Assembly (NCBI RefSeq): GCF_009914755.1
Contig: NC_060944.1
Origin: the human T2T-CHM13v2.0 reference genome, Homo sapiens
Length of the DNA stretch: 64,000 nt
Strand: one strand, 5' to 3'
Part shown: positions 1 through 16,471 of the stretch, in pieces
How the letters are laid out: every line of letters starts with the position of its first letter
Position numbering within the stretch: position 1 is the first letter of the stretch
The notes under the pieces: model-generated
The model's database searches: none
Told to the model about the DNA's origin: nothing
What the model saw: the letters and a program-made list of their open reading frames with translations, nothing else
Program-made: the position numbers and the translations under genes

Positions 1-92
1 TAATTTACATGGACAAGCTCAACACTAATGGGTTGGATAAGTATATTCCTCACTCACAAAAGCTTAAACTTTATTCCTGAACAATAAACTCT

Positions 93-726
<634 letters not shown>

Positions 727-739
727 TGAGATGAGCATG

Positions 740-1210
740 TGCAGCTACAAAAGGAAACACAGGAGAGGCTCAGGAAAAAACAAAGTCTCTTGTACTCACA
801 GGTCCCAGAGACCGGAGGCATGGCAAGCCATGAAGGGCCACATGGGAGAGACACCAGAGTGGTCAGGAAGCAAAAGACAGGAGGAGAAAGCCGAGGCTAG
901 AGCCTTCATTGGGGTTTCAGTGGGAAAAGCAGAACAGGGCAGGGTAAACAGTTTAGGACTGGTTCGTTTGCATAATTTGGTTGATCTTTGGCCTATAGTA
1001 GTGATCTCTAGTTGCCTAGTACCTGGCCCTGGGATGATTAAGGCAGAGGAATATTGCTTCCTGAGCTGCATGGGCCAGATAGGGAAGGTCTGGTTTAGGA
1101 CTGGTTTGTTTTCATATCAAAGGCACGTTCCTGGCTGGGTCCTTCGTTATCTCTAAGAATTGGCTGGCCCAGGGGGGAACAGTCTCTCTCCAGCTAAAAA
1201 GGTTTTTCAG
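740..1210. mobile_element. Probable ERV LTR fragment; family uncertain
   Basis: Resemblance by eye to old LTR consensus motifs (gtttaggactggttcgtttgcataatt). Confidence 0.35.
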
Positions 1211-3087
1211 GATCAAAGTATACAGACAACTTAAAAAAAAACAAGAGTAAAAGTTATTTGACCAACATCAGCCATGTGTGGCTAATGAACACTTAAAATG
1301 TGACAGGTGTGATTGAGGAATTAAATTTTAGTTTTATTTAAATGTTTTAATGTAAATTTAAAGAGCACATGTGGCTTATAGCTATGGAACATGCAGCTGT
1401 GAACACTATAGTTAAAACTGACATTTTGATCTGAGGATTCCTTTTATTTAATCAGTTCTGAAACTATAGTTTTCTACATTTATATATTTGTTCTATTGTG
1501 AATTTTAGGATTTATTTTGATGATGTACTTTTTCTTTGTGAAGTTTAGAAATGACCATGGGGGTCATGTGGGCCAAATTAACTCAATTCCTGGACAAAAA
1601 CTATTTCCCCGACCACCCCAAGCTTCTTGCCAATGTGCGCCCTTGGGACAAGAAAGGCTAGGAGAAGCTGTGGACAAATTAAGATAAACCTGGCAATATC
1701 ATTAGACAAATAACCCAAAGTGAATCCCTCTTCTGATGGTCAACATCAGATGGTCACACAGAAATGTTATTTTCCTATGAGTAATTTTGCATTATTGTTA
1801 CATATGATTTCCACTTACAAATGCCACAAATATTATGCAAGTACCTCTCTACTGGGAAGGAATATAACAATTCTAACAAATAAACATAAAAGCAGTGTGT
1901 ACATAAGAATGCCTCTATACAATTTTTTGAGCATCAAAATCTTAGAAAGTTGAAAAATACCAATGAAATATAGCATTCTTATTCTTTCTCATTTCTTTTA
2001 TCTGTTCTTTAGAGAAAAAAAGATGGAGCAGAAAGCAAGAAAATTGTCCAACAGAATTATTGCAACTGACTTAGTTTCTTATAAACAAAGAATGCATTGA
2101 AAGAGAAAACCTTGCCTCAGCAAAGTATATTACACAATAAGAAAGAAGAATTTCAAAGATAATAGAGATAATTTCTCACAGATGTCTGACCAGAAAGAAA
2201 TTCTCAACTTTCTAAACTTTTCTATCATAATTTCACATATTTCTCTGGTTCATTTATAAAGGGAAAATAACTTGAGAATATTCCAAGATGAATACATCAG
2301 CACTCACATAGGTAACCAGAAACATGGGGTGTTAAATCAATTACAGGAGTAGCTGGGTTCCTTATCCAGATAAGACAGCGAAAAAAGACCAAGAAGCCAG
2401 TAGCCGGTGACTTTAAAAATTGTTCGAATATGCTTCCTCCTCACTTTGTCTCTTGAGGTTCTTTGTAAAAGCCAGGGTTTCACAATTAACTTTACAGCAA
2501 TCAAAAAGCTTTAATCAGTCACTAAAACAAATGCTATTTTCACTTATCAAATTGGTAATAATTAGGAAAAAAGTGATAATATCATGCTGGGATATTCAGA
2601 GCACGCTTTTGTGGGAATCTAAATTGGTGCAACCACTTTGGCTGCATGCCTCAAAAGCTTAAAAATATGCCCATCTTTTCTGCACCTTCTACTCCTGACA
2701 ACTTATTTAACTACAGGGATGTTCTTCCCAGCTATGTGATATACAGCCATTAAATGGCTGAATACTATGCAGCCATTAAAATATTGTTGCAGAATATATT
2801 GTGATATGGGGTGGAGGTGGAGCCTAGCTCAAAAATTATGATTGTATTTGGGTAAGGAAAAATTATATGTATACATAAAAGTAATATGAAGGGGATAGAC
2901 TTATGAATATTTTATAAATATTTTAGATATTTTCTTCATTTTCTTTTATTCTTTTCTTTAGTCTTATCTATATTTTCTAATATGTCTATTTGATATGTAT
3001 TGCTTTTACAAGAAAAAATAACTTCAATGATCCTATAAAAGGAGGAGAGAGTGGGGAGCAAGTGTTTTAAATACTGCGACATGAGGC

Positions 3088-3508
3088 TGTGAAAGCTCTC
3101 AGAATCAAAATGAAGTCACCTATGTTAAAAATCCCAACAAACAGAGCCAGACGAGACCTTGAAGAGAGGGTTGTCATGTACAAAAACTATTGCAAGACTG
3201 CAAAAATCACAACCTTGCACAAAGTCCATCTCAACCTTACGCAAAAAAATACCTCTACAAGGACATCTGCCCAGCAACTGCCTGTCCAACCTCAGACTGG
3301 TGCTACCCTCGTTATTGAACCTTGTAGTCAAGGATAATTAACCCAAAACAGTTATGTAACCCTCCTTATTTTTCCTCTAAAAACCCTTGTCTTCCTTTAC
3401 CTCCCTGAATAGGTACATAGTGTATTATAGTACATGCATTTCCATCGCAATGCCTATTCCCAAATAAATATCATTTTCTTTTCAAAATGTTTGTTATTTA
3501 GGTTGACA
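3088..3508 (+). mobile_element. ERV1 solo LTR, MER34/MER39-like
   Basis: TG start, aatcaaaatgaagtcacctatgttaaaa motif, internal AATAAA, ends ttatttaggttgaca. Confidence 0.55.
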
Positions 3509-3789
3509 AGGCCTGGCTTCCCACTCCGTGGTGGTTGCCATCTGTTGCTTTATTATAACAAACTTCATTTAACTCAAGCCAGGCTGAGTGGCTTTCTTTA
3601 TCTTGCTATCGATGCTCCCTAATACTCTAACCCCAACTTTGTATCATCTGGAATCCGGAGATATTTTTTAGCCAAACAAGAAACCCACATGTTGATTTGT
3701 AACATTTCAGCAGCACCACCTGCATCACCAAAGACTTTGAGACTTATGGAAATAAATTCAAATCCTCAACATCTGGAATGGTTGAGACA

Positions 3790-4461
<672 letters not shown>

Positions 4462-5158
4462 TTATTTGTGGATTAGGGTTAATACTTTGTCATCTCAGAC
4501 AAACCATTTCTAAGAAGGTAGAGGTTTGCGTGTGAGGCTTGAGCCACAGGTATGACACTCCATTGTCATGCACAAATTGTTACTTCCTTAAGATATGATC
4601 CAACAGACCTGGAGACCTGAATGCATTTAACACAAATGAAAGTTTCTGCCTCCTCCCTCAGCCCATTTGAGCTTCCATTTCCCTCTGACCCAGTGCGCAT
4701 TCTACCCTTTGCAGTCTCAAGATGCTTCTCCCTGGCAGAAAAATCAAAAGCAAAATATGAACAAGTATAAGCCAGAATTTTCAGAGTAACTTTCCAGATT
4801 GCTTCAAATGGCAGCATTTCCAATCCTGGTTTGTCTCATTTGCTTTATTCAATAAAAGAACAAGAACAAGAACAAGAAAAAAAGAACACTACTGTGTATG
4901 AGCTTTGACATCACTTCTGACCATTTTTACTTTCATGTTGTTAATTTTGCCATTTGATTTTGTTTCCATTACATGCTATTAACTTCTGTTCAGATGTCAC
5001 TCATTTAAAAATGTGGGGGTATTTCCCATTGTTGTCCCAGTCAGGCAATTATAACTTAACCTAAAGACAGCCCTGCTCTCAGGTCAGCCTTGCCATAAAG
5101 TCCGATTCAAAGAAATAACAGTCCATCAGAAAAATGAAAACCATTAAAATCTTTGTGT

Positions 5159-5278
5159 GTCTCTCAAGAAAATACCACAGGATGAGTAAACAAAGCTGAA
5201 AACAAGATAGAGAATAGAGTCTCTCAAGAAAATACCACAGGATGAGTAAACAAAGCTGAAAACAAGATAGAGGATAGA
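5159..5278. repeat. 60-bp tandem duplication (59/60 identical)
   Basis: 5159-5218 versus 5219-5278; single mismatch at 5213/5273. Confidence 0.95.
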
Positions 5279-6375
5279 AGTTGATAGAGAGTTAGAATTT
5301 TAACATGTGACACGCCATTAGTAAGTGTTTTGAACACCAAGGGTTTGGAGGGAAAGAACTGTGTGGTCAGGACAGCAAGCCTGGAAGCTGACCCTGGCTG
5401 GCAACACTCAAAGTAACAAGACAAAGATCTAGCTGAGGGAGGAGGCTCAGAGGGCCTCAGGATGCTGCCATCCTAATGAAGAACAATCACACGGAGGGTG
5501 AAGGCAGTGTTCACCCTCTGTGTGAACACATCCTCCTAAGAGGATGCACTGCCCTCCTCCTAGAACACTGTGTGAGGGATCCCAGCTACCCAAGGTCCAG
5601 GAGCCACATGAAAGCTGCTTGAAGATGTCCCTTGCAAACCTAGCATCTGAGAATATGGACCCACAAAATACATTCATTAAGGAGAGGCCCATTTTATATA
5701 ATGTACATTTACAAAGTTAATACACTTTTGACATATTTTCACACTTTTATTTCAAAAACATCTTGAATTACCTGCAAACTTTCAGGAACTCATCACCAAC
5801 AAGGTCCATTCATGATGTAGTGGGAAATAACCACTGTGTAATGATAGCATAAGCAAATTCAGTTTTAATGAGAGGAAATAGGGGAAGAAAGTTGAAGATA
5901 AAACATGCTTCCTTTATAAATCCTTCTTTATTTTATTGTCCCCACTCCCAACCAACCCCCAAGGCCAAGTAAAGAGCTGGGAGTAAAAAGTTAGGGCACT
6001 GAAGATAGATTCGGGAGACGTCTGGGTTCCTCACCTGCTAATGCAGGACCCAGTTTCCTACAAAACAGCGTCTGCCTGTCCAAGGATTGTGGAAATACAG
6101 GTGTATGTTCCTGCATGTGTATCCAGGAAGAACAAGTCCCTTTCTCAGGCTCGAGCCCCTGGAGCCAGGCCCTCTTCATAGGCCACCCCACAGTCACCAC
6201 CGTGGAGGTTCTGGAAGCCTCAGGATGCCCCAGGGACTTCCCACCCCCAAGCCAGGTAGTGCCCCAAGCATAAGTGAAAACACCCTTTTCACTCCTTTGT
6301 TTCCCTAGAAATCCAGCAGCTTCTAAGGTTCATGTGCTACAACTCTTTCCATTTTTAATATCCACACATGTGCAG

Positions 6376-6740
6376 GTGTGGTAATGGATCAACTACTGTG
6401 AGCAACTGGGGCTTCACCCCCCACAGAACATTCTACGAGATAGAGGGTGGTAGCACACTTCAGGTCATCCAGCTGCAAGAGTGAGGAGTTGGAGCATTTA
6501 TCCACAGACTCCCATCTCCCACTGGGGAGAACTGCCCTGGGACCCCTGACACCACACACTTTGGGGGTGCTTCTAGGGGGAGTAGGGCAAGTTCAGATGA
6601 TGCCAGAAAAAGTCCTCAGGCAGAGAAGAGAGAGGCAGGCATCAGGGTGGGAAGGCATCAGCATTCTGGAAGCCTTAGTTACAGGTGAACTCAGATGGGC
6701 CAAGGGGACACAGGACAAGGTATCGACAGCATCTGCCACA
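6376..6740. mobile_element. Old LTR (LTR16/MLT1-like)
   Basis: tgtgg...ggagcatttatccacagactcccatc...gcatctgccaca, with TG...CA ends. Confidence 0.4.
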
Positions 6741-6868
6741 ACTCTCTTGGGAGGTACACAAAACCAACTGAGTAAACATTTGTATTATTTCCTGGATATA
6801 GGAGCAATACATTTTACATAAAGATGATGATTCTTCACAAATTTATTCTTAAGTGCAATGCCATTTCA

Positions 6869-7239
<371 letters not shown>

Positions 7240-7895
7240 TCAGAAAATATTCTGAAACAAAGAGAAAGTAATGGGTGATATGAGTCCTACCAGGCATTGA
7301 AGTGCATTATAAAGCCTTTACCTACCTCATGGATCTAATAAAGCAAGAAAGGAAAAGCCTCTCCTCACGTGGCATCCCCTCCCTTGGTTGTGTCAATTTG
7401 AATCACACTGATATGCCTTATGCGGAATCTACATAAAAAGAAACCTTTTAGGCACACACCGAGGAAGGGGCTGAATGAGGGTAGCTGCGGATCATTCACT
7501 GGTATCAGGGACAAGAAAATTACCATGGCCTCAGGAACTGCCAGTAAAGACACAGGAAGGTTCTGGTTCCCAGAAAAATAAAGTCAGAAGCCAAGCCCAG
7601 GGTGGGAACAAAGAAGATCAGAAAAAATCAGACCATTTCATAAAAGCTGTGATGCAGAAGAAGTCCAGTGGAGGAGGGCCCAAGTGCCACACAGGTTCCA
7701 GGTGATGCTGAAATTGTCTCGGGTAACTGAGATACCTCAGACCCGCCTAGACAGTTAGAAATGGCTAGAAAGAGAAAAGGAAATTTTTTTCTAGACACCA
7801 AGGAGAAAATAGGAAGAAAAGCAATATGAGTGGATGGGAGAGGTTGCCCCATATTCAGGATACCATTTAACTGATTTTCCCGGGCAAAGCACTAG

Positions 7896-8261
<366 letters not shown>

Positions 8262-8999
8262 TAAATAATAAAGCAGTTTAAAATGGGACTGGATGATACA
8301 AGCCAGTTGCTGCTGGAGCTAGAAGGAAGGAGGCTGACTTCTGATGGGAAGATATGGAAGGATTTCAGAGAAAAGGATGCATCAGAGCCAGAACTCCACA
8401 GAAGAGAAGCAGGGTCAAGAAATTCAGGGCTGAGAGAACTACTCAAGCAGACCTTCAGCAAGGCAATTAAAGGAGGACAAGTGGTCCTGCAGGGCTTCGC
8501 CCAGGGAAATGCAAAGAGAAAGAGAGAGAGAGAGAAAGAGGCATCACTGGAAATGTTTCACAGATACCTTGACTGTAAACATTAACTGCAGGCACTGAAA
8601 TCTAGCCATTAAGGAAGCATTGAATGCTTTTAAAGGGTGGGGAGACAGGAACCATTCTGCAGCAACTGTGCAATAGTTTCTCCTTAAATTCATGATTCAC
8701 ATCTTTAGAGAAAATGTTCCTAACGCCTAAGAGAAGACCATACAAACAGATTAGCTGTTTTCTTCCTCTGTCTGAAGTGCTATGCCATGTGATGCCTCAA
8801 ATTGCTACAGCTGTCAACACCAGCTTGGGTAGGGCAGAGTGGAAACAGGGAAGAAACGAGGTCTGTGAAGATATAAATATACCATTGAATGTACCCTGAC
8901 CCGAAGAGGATCCTCCAGTATTCAAAACACCCTTTCCAGCGCCCACCCTCTCCTCCAGCTCCTGCCCACTCCTCTGCTCCCCGCAGGGTAAAACTCAGA

Positions 9000-9930
9000 A
9001 ATGTTGTCGCTACTCCCTCACCTTCCATTCCCTCTTCAATTTGCTTCTGCCCCCATTAATCCATTGAAACTGCTCTCCTCAAGTCCCCAAAAACCTCCAC
9101 GTCACCAAATCCAGTGAGCACTATCCTGTCTTCACATGACTTGGCCTCTCAGTAGCTGGCTCTGCCTTCTTGAAACACCCTCCTCTCAGCTTCCAGAACC
9201 CTCTTATTTCACTGGCTGTCCCTTTTCAGTCTCTTCCTCTGGTTCAAAGTGTGGTCTCTGGCCCAGCAGCATCAGCATCACCTAGGCACTTGTTAGAAAT
9301 GCAGGTTCCTGGACCCCATCCCAGACCTGCTGAATCAAATCTCTGGTCCGGGAGGGGCGAGGCAGCAATCTGTGTTTTAGCCAAGTCTTCCAGGTGATGC
9401 ACACTAGAGACTGAGAAGGACTAATCCGAAACTGTGGGCATTCCTCATTACGAAATCCTGATTCCTTTCTCTTCCCTGGCTACATTTTCTCCCATGATGA
9501 TGTCATCTAAGCCCGTGACTGGAAATCATCTATACTCTGACAGCTTCTAAATGTGTATCTTCAGCACCCATCTGGGGATTACACAGCCATCTCAAATTCA
9601 ACATGTCCAAATGGAAGGAAGGAACTCCAGATGTTCCCTCTAAAATCTGGTCGCCATCCATTTTTTTCCATTTAAGAAAATAGCTCCACCATTCCCCCAG
9701 CTGTTTATTAAAAAAACTTAAGTCATCCACGAGTCCTCCTTTTCCCCAACTCCTTACCCTATTAGCAATAGTATATCTAGAGGGTCTATCTCTAAATTGT
9801 CATGAATCTGTCCTCTATTACCACTATAGGCCAAGCCACAATTTTCTCTCCCCAGCCCACTGCAAAAGCCTCCAGCCAGGTACTGCTCATGCCCACAAAA
9901 CAACCAGAGTGGACTTTTAAGAAGGTAAAT
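9000..9930. mobile_element. L2 fragments with an inserted MER5A (~9243-9420)
   Basis: L2-type ctcaaattcaacatgtccaaa and cagccagagtg-like motifs; MER5A caaagtgtggtc...agcagcatcagcatcacctagg...ttgttagaaatgcag. Confidence 0.7.
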
Positions 9931-9931
9931 C

Positions 9932-10225
<294 letters not shown>

Positions 10226-10864
10226 AGAAGGTAAATCATGTCGCATCATTCCCCTTCTTAAATCTTCAAGGGCTTCCTATCATATTTAATTATTAAAACC
10301 CAAACATCTGTCATGGGCTGTCAGGCCCTATGGTCACTGTCTGTATGGCTTCCTGTATCCTCTTTGAGGTCTGAAGTCAGAGACTGTAACTATTTAATTC
10401 ACACTAAGTGCTCAATAAAGTGGAGGAAATAATTCTCCTTTTGTGAGAAGATGAATTTAGAGTCTAACTTCTTTAGTTTCTCCTTACTTGCTGAGGAGGA
10501 TCTATATGATGTGGTCAAATCACTTTCAGCCAGGACACAGGAGATGGGAAGGGAGACTTCCAAAGAATGACTTGATGATGCTGTGAACCTCAGCACAATA
10601 GGGCTCTGTGGGCAAACACAGTAGGGTTTGACCTCCAAGGACAAACCCTACACCCCACTCCCCACCCAGTCCGGAAAACGACTTTCACTGTTTATAGTGA
10701 GATATGGGTGGTTGTGGTCATGGGAGAGGCAATGGGAGTGAGTTTGGAATGAGGAATTATGCAGGGCCATTTGAATAGCCACTTCCTGTGGGTTGCCCAC
10801 CCTTGGAGTGGTTCATAAGGTCAATAAAAACCTCTAAGAATCCATAGGCCAGACCATCAACCCC

Positions 10865-11745
<881 letters not shown>

Positions 11746-12405
11746 AGGTCATAAGTCAATCCCCTTTGGTTCCCTAGTTCTTTCCCTCCAAGAAATCCCA
11801 GGCCATTTGAGCCCTTTCCTGATGGGAGGAAAGCAGTCGACCAGAAAATACGATTCTTTTGAGGAAAAGATGGGTTTTAGCGTCTTGGAACCAAGCTTCA
11901 CAGAGCGCCTTCTGCCAGTGGGCAGCCAGCCCCTTGCCTAGGCTGATCTGGTCACCTACTTCCAGCCCCACCCCAGCTCTGTCCTCCCACCCAGCTCTGT
12001 CCTCCCTGCAGGCCCTGAGCCTCTAGGAGACTCAAAGAGACACTGTGCTGCCCGCTGAATTCATCTCCCAGTGAGCCATCTCTGAGGAAAGGAGGTAAGG
12101 CTCTGAATGCGATGTCAACCTAAGCATTACATAACACTGATAGGTTGTAAAATGGCCTCGCTGCCTAGTGCTCATTCTAACTGGCCACAATCCAGTCCTC
12201 CCTGTTGCACTGAGTCAGCTCCCTCCAAAGGCGGCGCTTTCCAGGCCTCCTGGTTGCCCTTTCCCAGCAGACCTTTCAAGTGCTCACCCACACTCACATA
12301 AACATGGCCCAGGCACTGTTTACAGCAGCTCTCCTCTGTGCATTCTCCTGGCTTCTCCTGTCTCTCGCCATTTGTACCCCTCCCCTGCAACTTGAGTGAC
12401 AGTGA

Positions 12406-12837
<432 letters not shown>

Positions 12838-13324
12838 TAGGAGACTAGATGTCCTATTTTCCCCAGGGCATGCCTGGTTTACGCCCATTTCACTTTAAAA
12901 GTGCCCAATTTGGGTAATAATTTATAAGATCCCCCTCCCTCTAAATCCTGTCCTTCTATCACTTCATCCTTCGCTCTCCTTTAAAATGAGACAGTTGTCA
13001 GCAGGAATCCTGCGCAAGAACACACCACCCTGTTTCATAGAAGATATCTCAGGTAATGTGCAAACACGGGTTTTTAAACGGAGCGCATTTTTCTCATTTG
13101 TTAATATCACCACCTAAATCATCTCTTGCCTAAAACAAGGAGTAGAAAGTGAATGAAGGAAGGAACAGGTGATGGTCAGTGTCCTTTCTACGCCTCAAAA
13201 TTTAAGAGTTTATGTGAAAATTCATAAATATTAATCTCAATCCAGGTTAAGCAAAATTTTTTGCTCTCCTCTTTAGAAATTTCTGGTTGCCAAAGTTCCA
13301 GAAATTGCTTCCTCATTCCTGAGC

Positions 13325-13427
13325 CTTTCATTTTCTCGATTTCTCCATTATGTAACGGGGAGCTGGAGCTTTGGGCCGAATTTCCAATTAAAGATGATTT
13401 TTACAGTCAATGAGCCACGTCAGGGAG
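13325..13427 (+). promoter_or_regulatory. PRNP upstream conserved motifs 1-4 with ERSE-26/UPRE element
   Basis: CTTTCATTTTCTC 13325-13337, CCATTATGTAACG 13345-13357, TAAAGATGATTTTTA 13389-13403, TCAGGGAG 13420-13427. CCAAT (13384-13388)-N26-CCACG (13415-13419), overlapping CCACGTCA. Confidence 0.8.
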
Positions 13428-13429
13428 CG

Positions 13430-14760
13430 ATGGCACCCGCAGGCGGTATCAACTGATGCAAGTGTTCAAGCGAATCTCAACTCGTTTTTTCCGGTGACTC
13501 ATTCCCGGCCCTGCTTGGCAGCGCTGCACCCTTTAACTTAAACCTCGGCCGGCCGCCCGCCGGGGGCACAGAGTGTGCGCCGGGCCGCGCGGCAATTGGT
13601 CCCCGCGCCGACCTCCGCCCGCGAGCGCCGCCGCTTCCCTTCCCCGCCCCGCGTCCCTCCCCCTCGGCCCCGCGCGTCGCCTGTCCTCCGAGCCAGTCGC
13701 TGACAGCCGCGGCGCCGCGAGCTTCTCCTCTCCTCACGACCGAGGCAGGTAAACGCCCGGGGTGGGAGGAACGCGGGCGGGGGCAGGGGAGCCGCGGGGG
13801 CCGAGTGAGGACCCCGGGCCTCGGGTCCCAGGCGCAAGGGTGCCCGGCCGGGCGGGGTCGGGACCCCAGTGAGGAGGGGCCGGGGGCTGCCCCGCGGGCG
13901 CGTGACGCGTCTCGGGCCTGCCCGGCTGCGCTGGTCTCCGCTCGGGTGAGGCGGCTTGGCTTCGCTTTTCAGGTTAGGAAAGCTCCCTTTACTGCGCGTT
14001 GGGGGGCTGGGGGAGCTGGCGGAGCCCCGTTAGGGAGGTCGGTGGCGCCGGGGTGTCTCAGCGCCCCCTGCACCCCGCGCGGGTCCGGCCCAGCGGGCGA
14101 TCGCTGGCGCCCAGGGAACTCCGGGAGGGCCGCCAGCGGGCTCCGCAGGGCGCGGGGCGGGGAGGGGCGCCTGGGGGCCGCGGGGCTCGCGCTCCCCGCC
14201 CGTTGGCCGCCCCTCGGAGGCCGAGATCGGGGCCCAGAACGCCCCTTGGCAAGGCCTGGCGCTTCCGCGATGCCCAGAGGGTGCTTGGGGGGATGGAGAG
14301 AGGGGCGCCCGCCGGGGGAGTTCCGGGAGCCTCGGTGCCTCCCGCCGCAGCTGCAGCGTTCCTCCCGGGAGGCGGCCCAGCCCTTCATCCTCGCCGCCTG
14401 AGCTTCTCCGAGGGGGGCCGCAGCCTTGCGGCCGTTGCCACCGCCTGGAGAAGCGGCCCACGCGGACTGACGGGCGGGGGCGGGGCCTCGGGCCTCGGCG
14501 GGGGCGGGGTCCGGGGAGGCCCCACCCTCTGTTCTCCAGCGGCGGGGAGAGAGGAGCTGCAGGTCTGCGGCCTGGCCCCAGGTGCGATGGCGGACCCCAG
14601 CTTGGCCAGTCACATTCCTCCCAGTCCCCCTGGAGGGAGAACGCTGGCCATGGGGGGCTCCAAGGAACAACCAGCCTCGGATGACGACCCTTGGGTCACC
14701 GGTCTCCCCACCTGTGCGGCAGGCGCCTTCACGTTTCATTATTAAACAATGGGGAGAAAT
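13430..14760. promoter_or_regulatory. PRNP CpG island and TATA-less promoter
   Basis: Very high GC and CpG density over exon 1 and the 5' intron. GC boxes (ccgccc), inverted CCAAT ATTGG at 13595-13599, AP-1 TGACTCA at 13495-13501, C/EBP-ATF-like TGATGCAAG at 13454-13462. Confidence 0.93.
13615..13748 (+). other. PRNP: PRNP exon 1 (non-coding; TSS approximate)
   Basis: GC-rich sequence ending ...cacgaccgaggcag followed by donor GTAAAC at 13749; recognised as the PRNP mRNA leader. Confidence 0.9.
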
Positions 14761-16372
14761 CCATGTTTACTGTCCTTTTTAGGAATTTTTTGCTCTTCTC
14801 TTTGAGGTGGCTGTAGGAAATAGATTTTTTTTTTAACCTCGCAATTCCACCACGGTCACATCCATCCTCGCCATCGCAGAGCCACAGCTCTCCGTTTTTG
14901 TTTCCTAGCCTCCAGAGTCTCACACAACACAGTGCAGTTTCACTGCTGTAATGATGAGGATCTTCATGGCCGCGTTATTTTCTTGTTCTGAGAGCATCAC
15001 GGTTTAATTAGCAGTTCCCCATATGATTTGAAGTGTTTCCCGTTTCCTTAGGGAAAACTCCTGGTAGAATAGGATTAAGGATTTTTACAAATATAATTAT
15101 CAAAAACATAGGAACAGGGAATTGGATAAATATGTTAAACTTCTGGAAAAATCAACAACGCTCTTAGATTTGTAGAAGAAAGGAAAAAATCACCAGTGGA
15201 AAGGAGCAATTTTACTTACACAAACACAGAGAAGGTCTTACAGTGAAAAAAAGCTAACCAGTAAGGGGAAAAGCAGGCAGAGGGGTAGGATGTGATTTGT
15301 ATGTTATTTATATCTAACACAAGTCTTCCACACCGAAAGGAAAATATTAAGATTATAATAGATAAATGGCAAAATGATGAGTCATTTACACAATAAAATG
15401 CAAATTAGAGCATGTTTGGGTTATCATTTTACATCTATTAAAATAACCAAAATAATTAATAGTAACAGCAACCCTTGCTGGAAGGTTGCCCAAAACTTGG
15501 CATTTTCAAGTGTCTGGGGAGGTGGCAGGGCTTTGGGGTCACAAAGATGGTTCTGCAGTCAATTTTGTGACCTTGGACAGGCTACCTAATTTCCTGATCC
15601 TCCTTTTGTCCATTCATAGAATGGAGGAAATGATAGCTACTTTCTGCGTCTGTATGTATGAGTTATTGGGGGCATTTCGAACCAGTGACAAACATTTTGT
15701 TAAGCAATCTGGTGATGCATTAAGAAGCTGGAAGCTGTGACCCAGAAACCCCACTCCTGAGAACTTACCTGCAATGGAAGAAACAAACAAACAAAAACAG
15801 GCATGTATTCCTAGCAGAATGATCTAAAATTAGAACACCTGGAAAAGAGCCTAAATGTATAACACCAGGGCAGTAGCTAAGAAAATTATGACACATTAAC
15901 TGAAATGAACATTATGTAACCACTAAAAATCATGATTTTGGAGCCTGTGATATGTGGGGAAAAACTGACAAGTAAAAAAGTGGGTTATTAACTGCACCTG
16001 CTTACTCTAACGTGAACGCATATGTGAAAAATCTGAAAGGAAAAGCACAGAAAATGGACGTTTTCATTGAAATTGTCGGTGATCTTAATTTTCCTTTGGT
16101 GAATATATTGCTCTCACTAAGGACGTTTAAAAAATAGTTCACAGGTTTTAATTTTTTAGATGAAATGGACCCACAGTTTTCTGTAAGAGAAAGGAGAGAT
16201 TGTTATATTTGCTACTTAGAATAAAAGATTTTTAGCCAACGTTGTTTCCTTTTTCAAATATTTTTCCATTTTTTTAGTTGATTAATGATTTAGTAATTTG
16301 TGTATTGGGTTTTTTTAAGAATCAGTTCTTAGATTCATTTATCAATTCTAGTTTTTTGTTGTTGTTTTTAAG

Positions 16373-16471
16373 GACTCCTGAATATTTTTCAAAACTGAAC
16401 AATTTCAGCCATGTCTGAGCTTTCCGTCTTCCTGGAGGCACAAATCTAGTTTAGCTGAACCACAACAGATT
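16373..16471 (+). other. Vestigial PRNP exon 2 homologue (99 bp), normally skipped in human
   Basis: T-rich tract plus AG (16371-16372), then GACTCCTGAATATTTTTCAAAACTGAAC...CAACAGATT, resembling the rodent/ruminant Prnp exon 2 as I recall it. Followed by the weak donor ATT|GTACAT. Confidence 0.85.

Noticed and set aside
13477-14782. Long overlapping ORFs (198-256 aa) on both strands in the CpG island
   Set aside because: Gly/Arg/Pro/Ala-rich frames are expected in stop-poor, GC-rich DNA. They lie mostly in intron 1 and show no recognisable domains.
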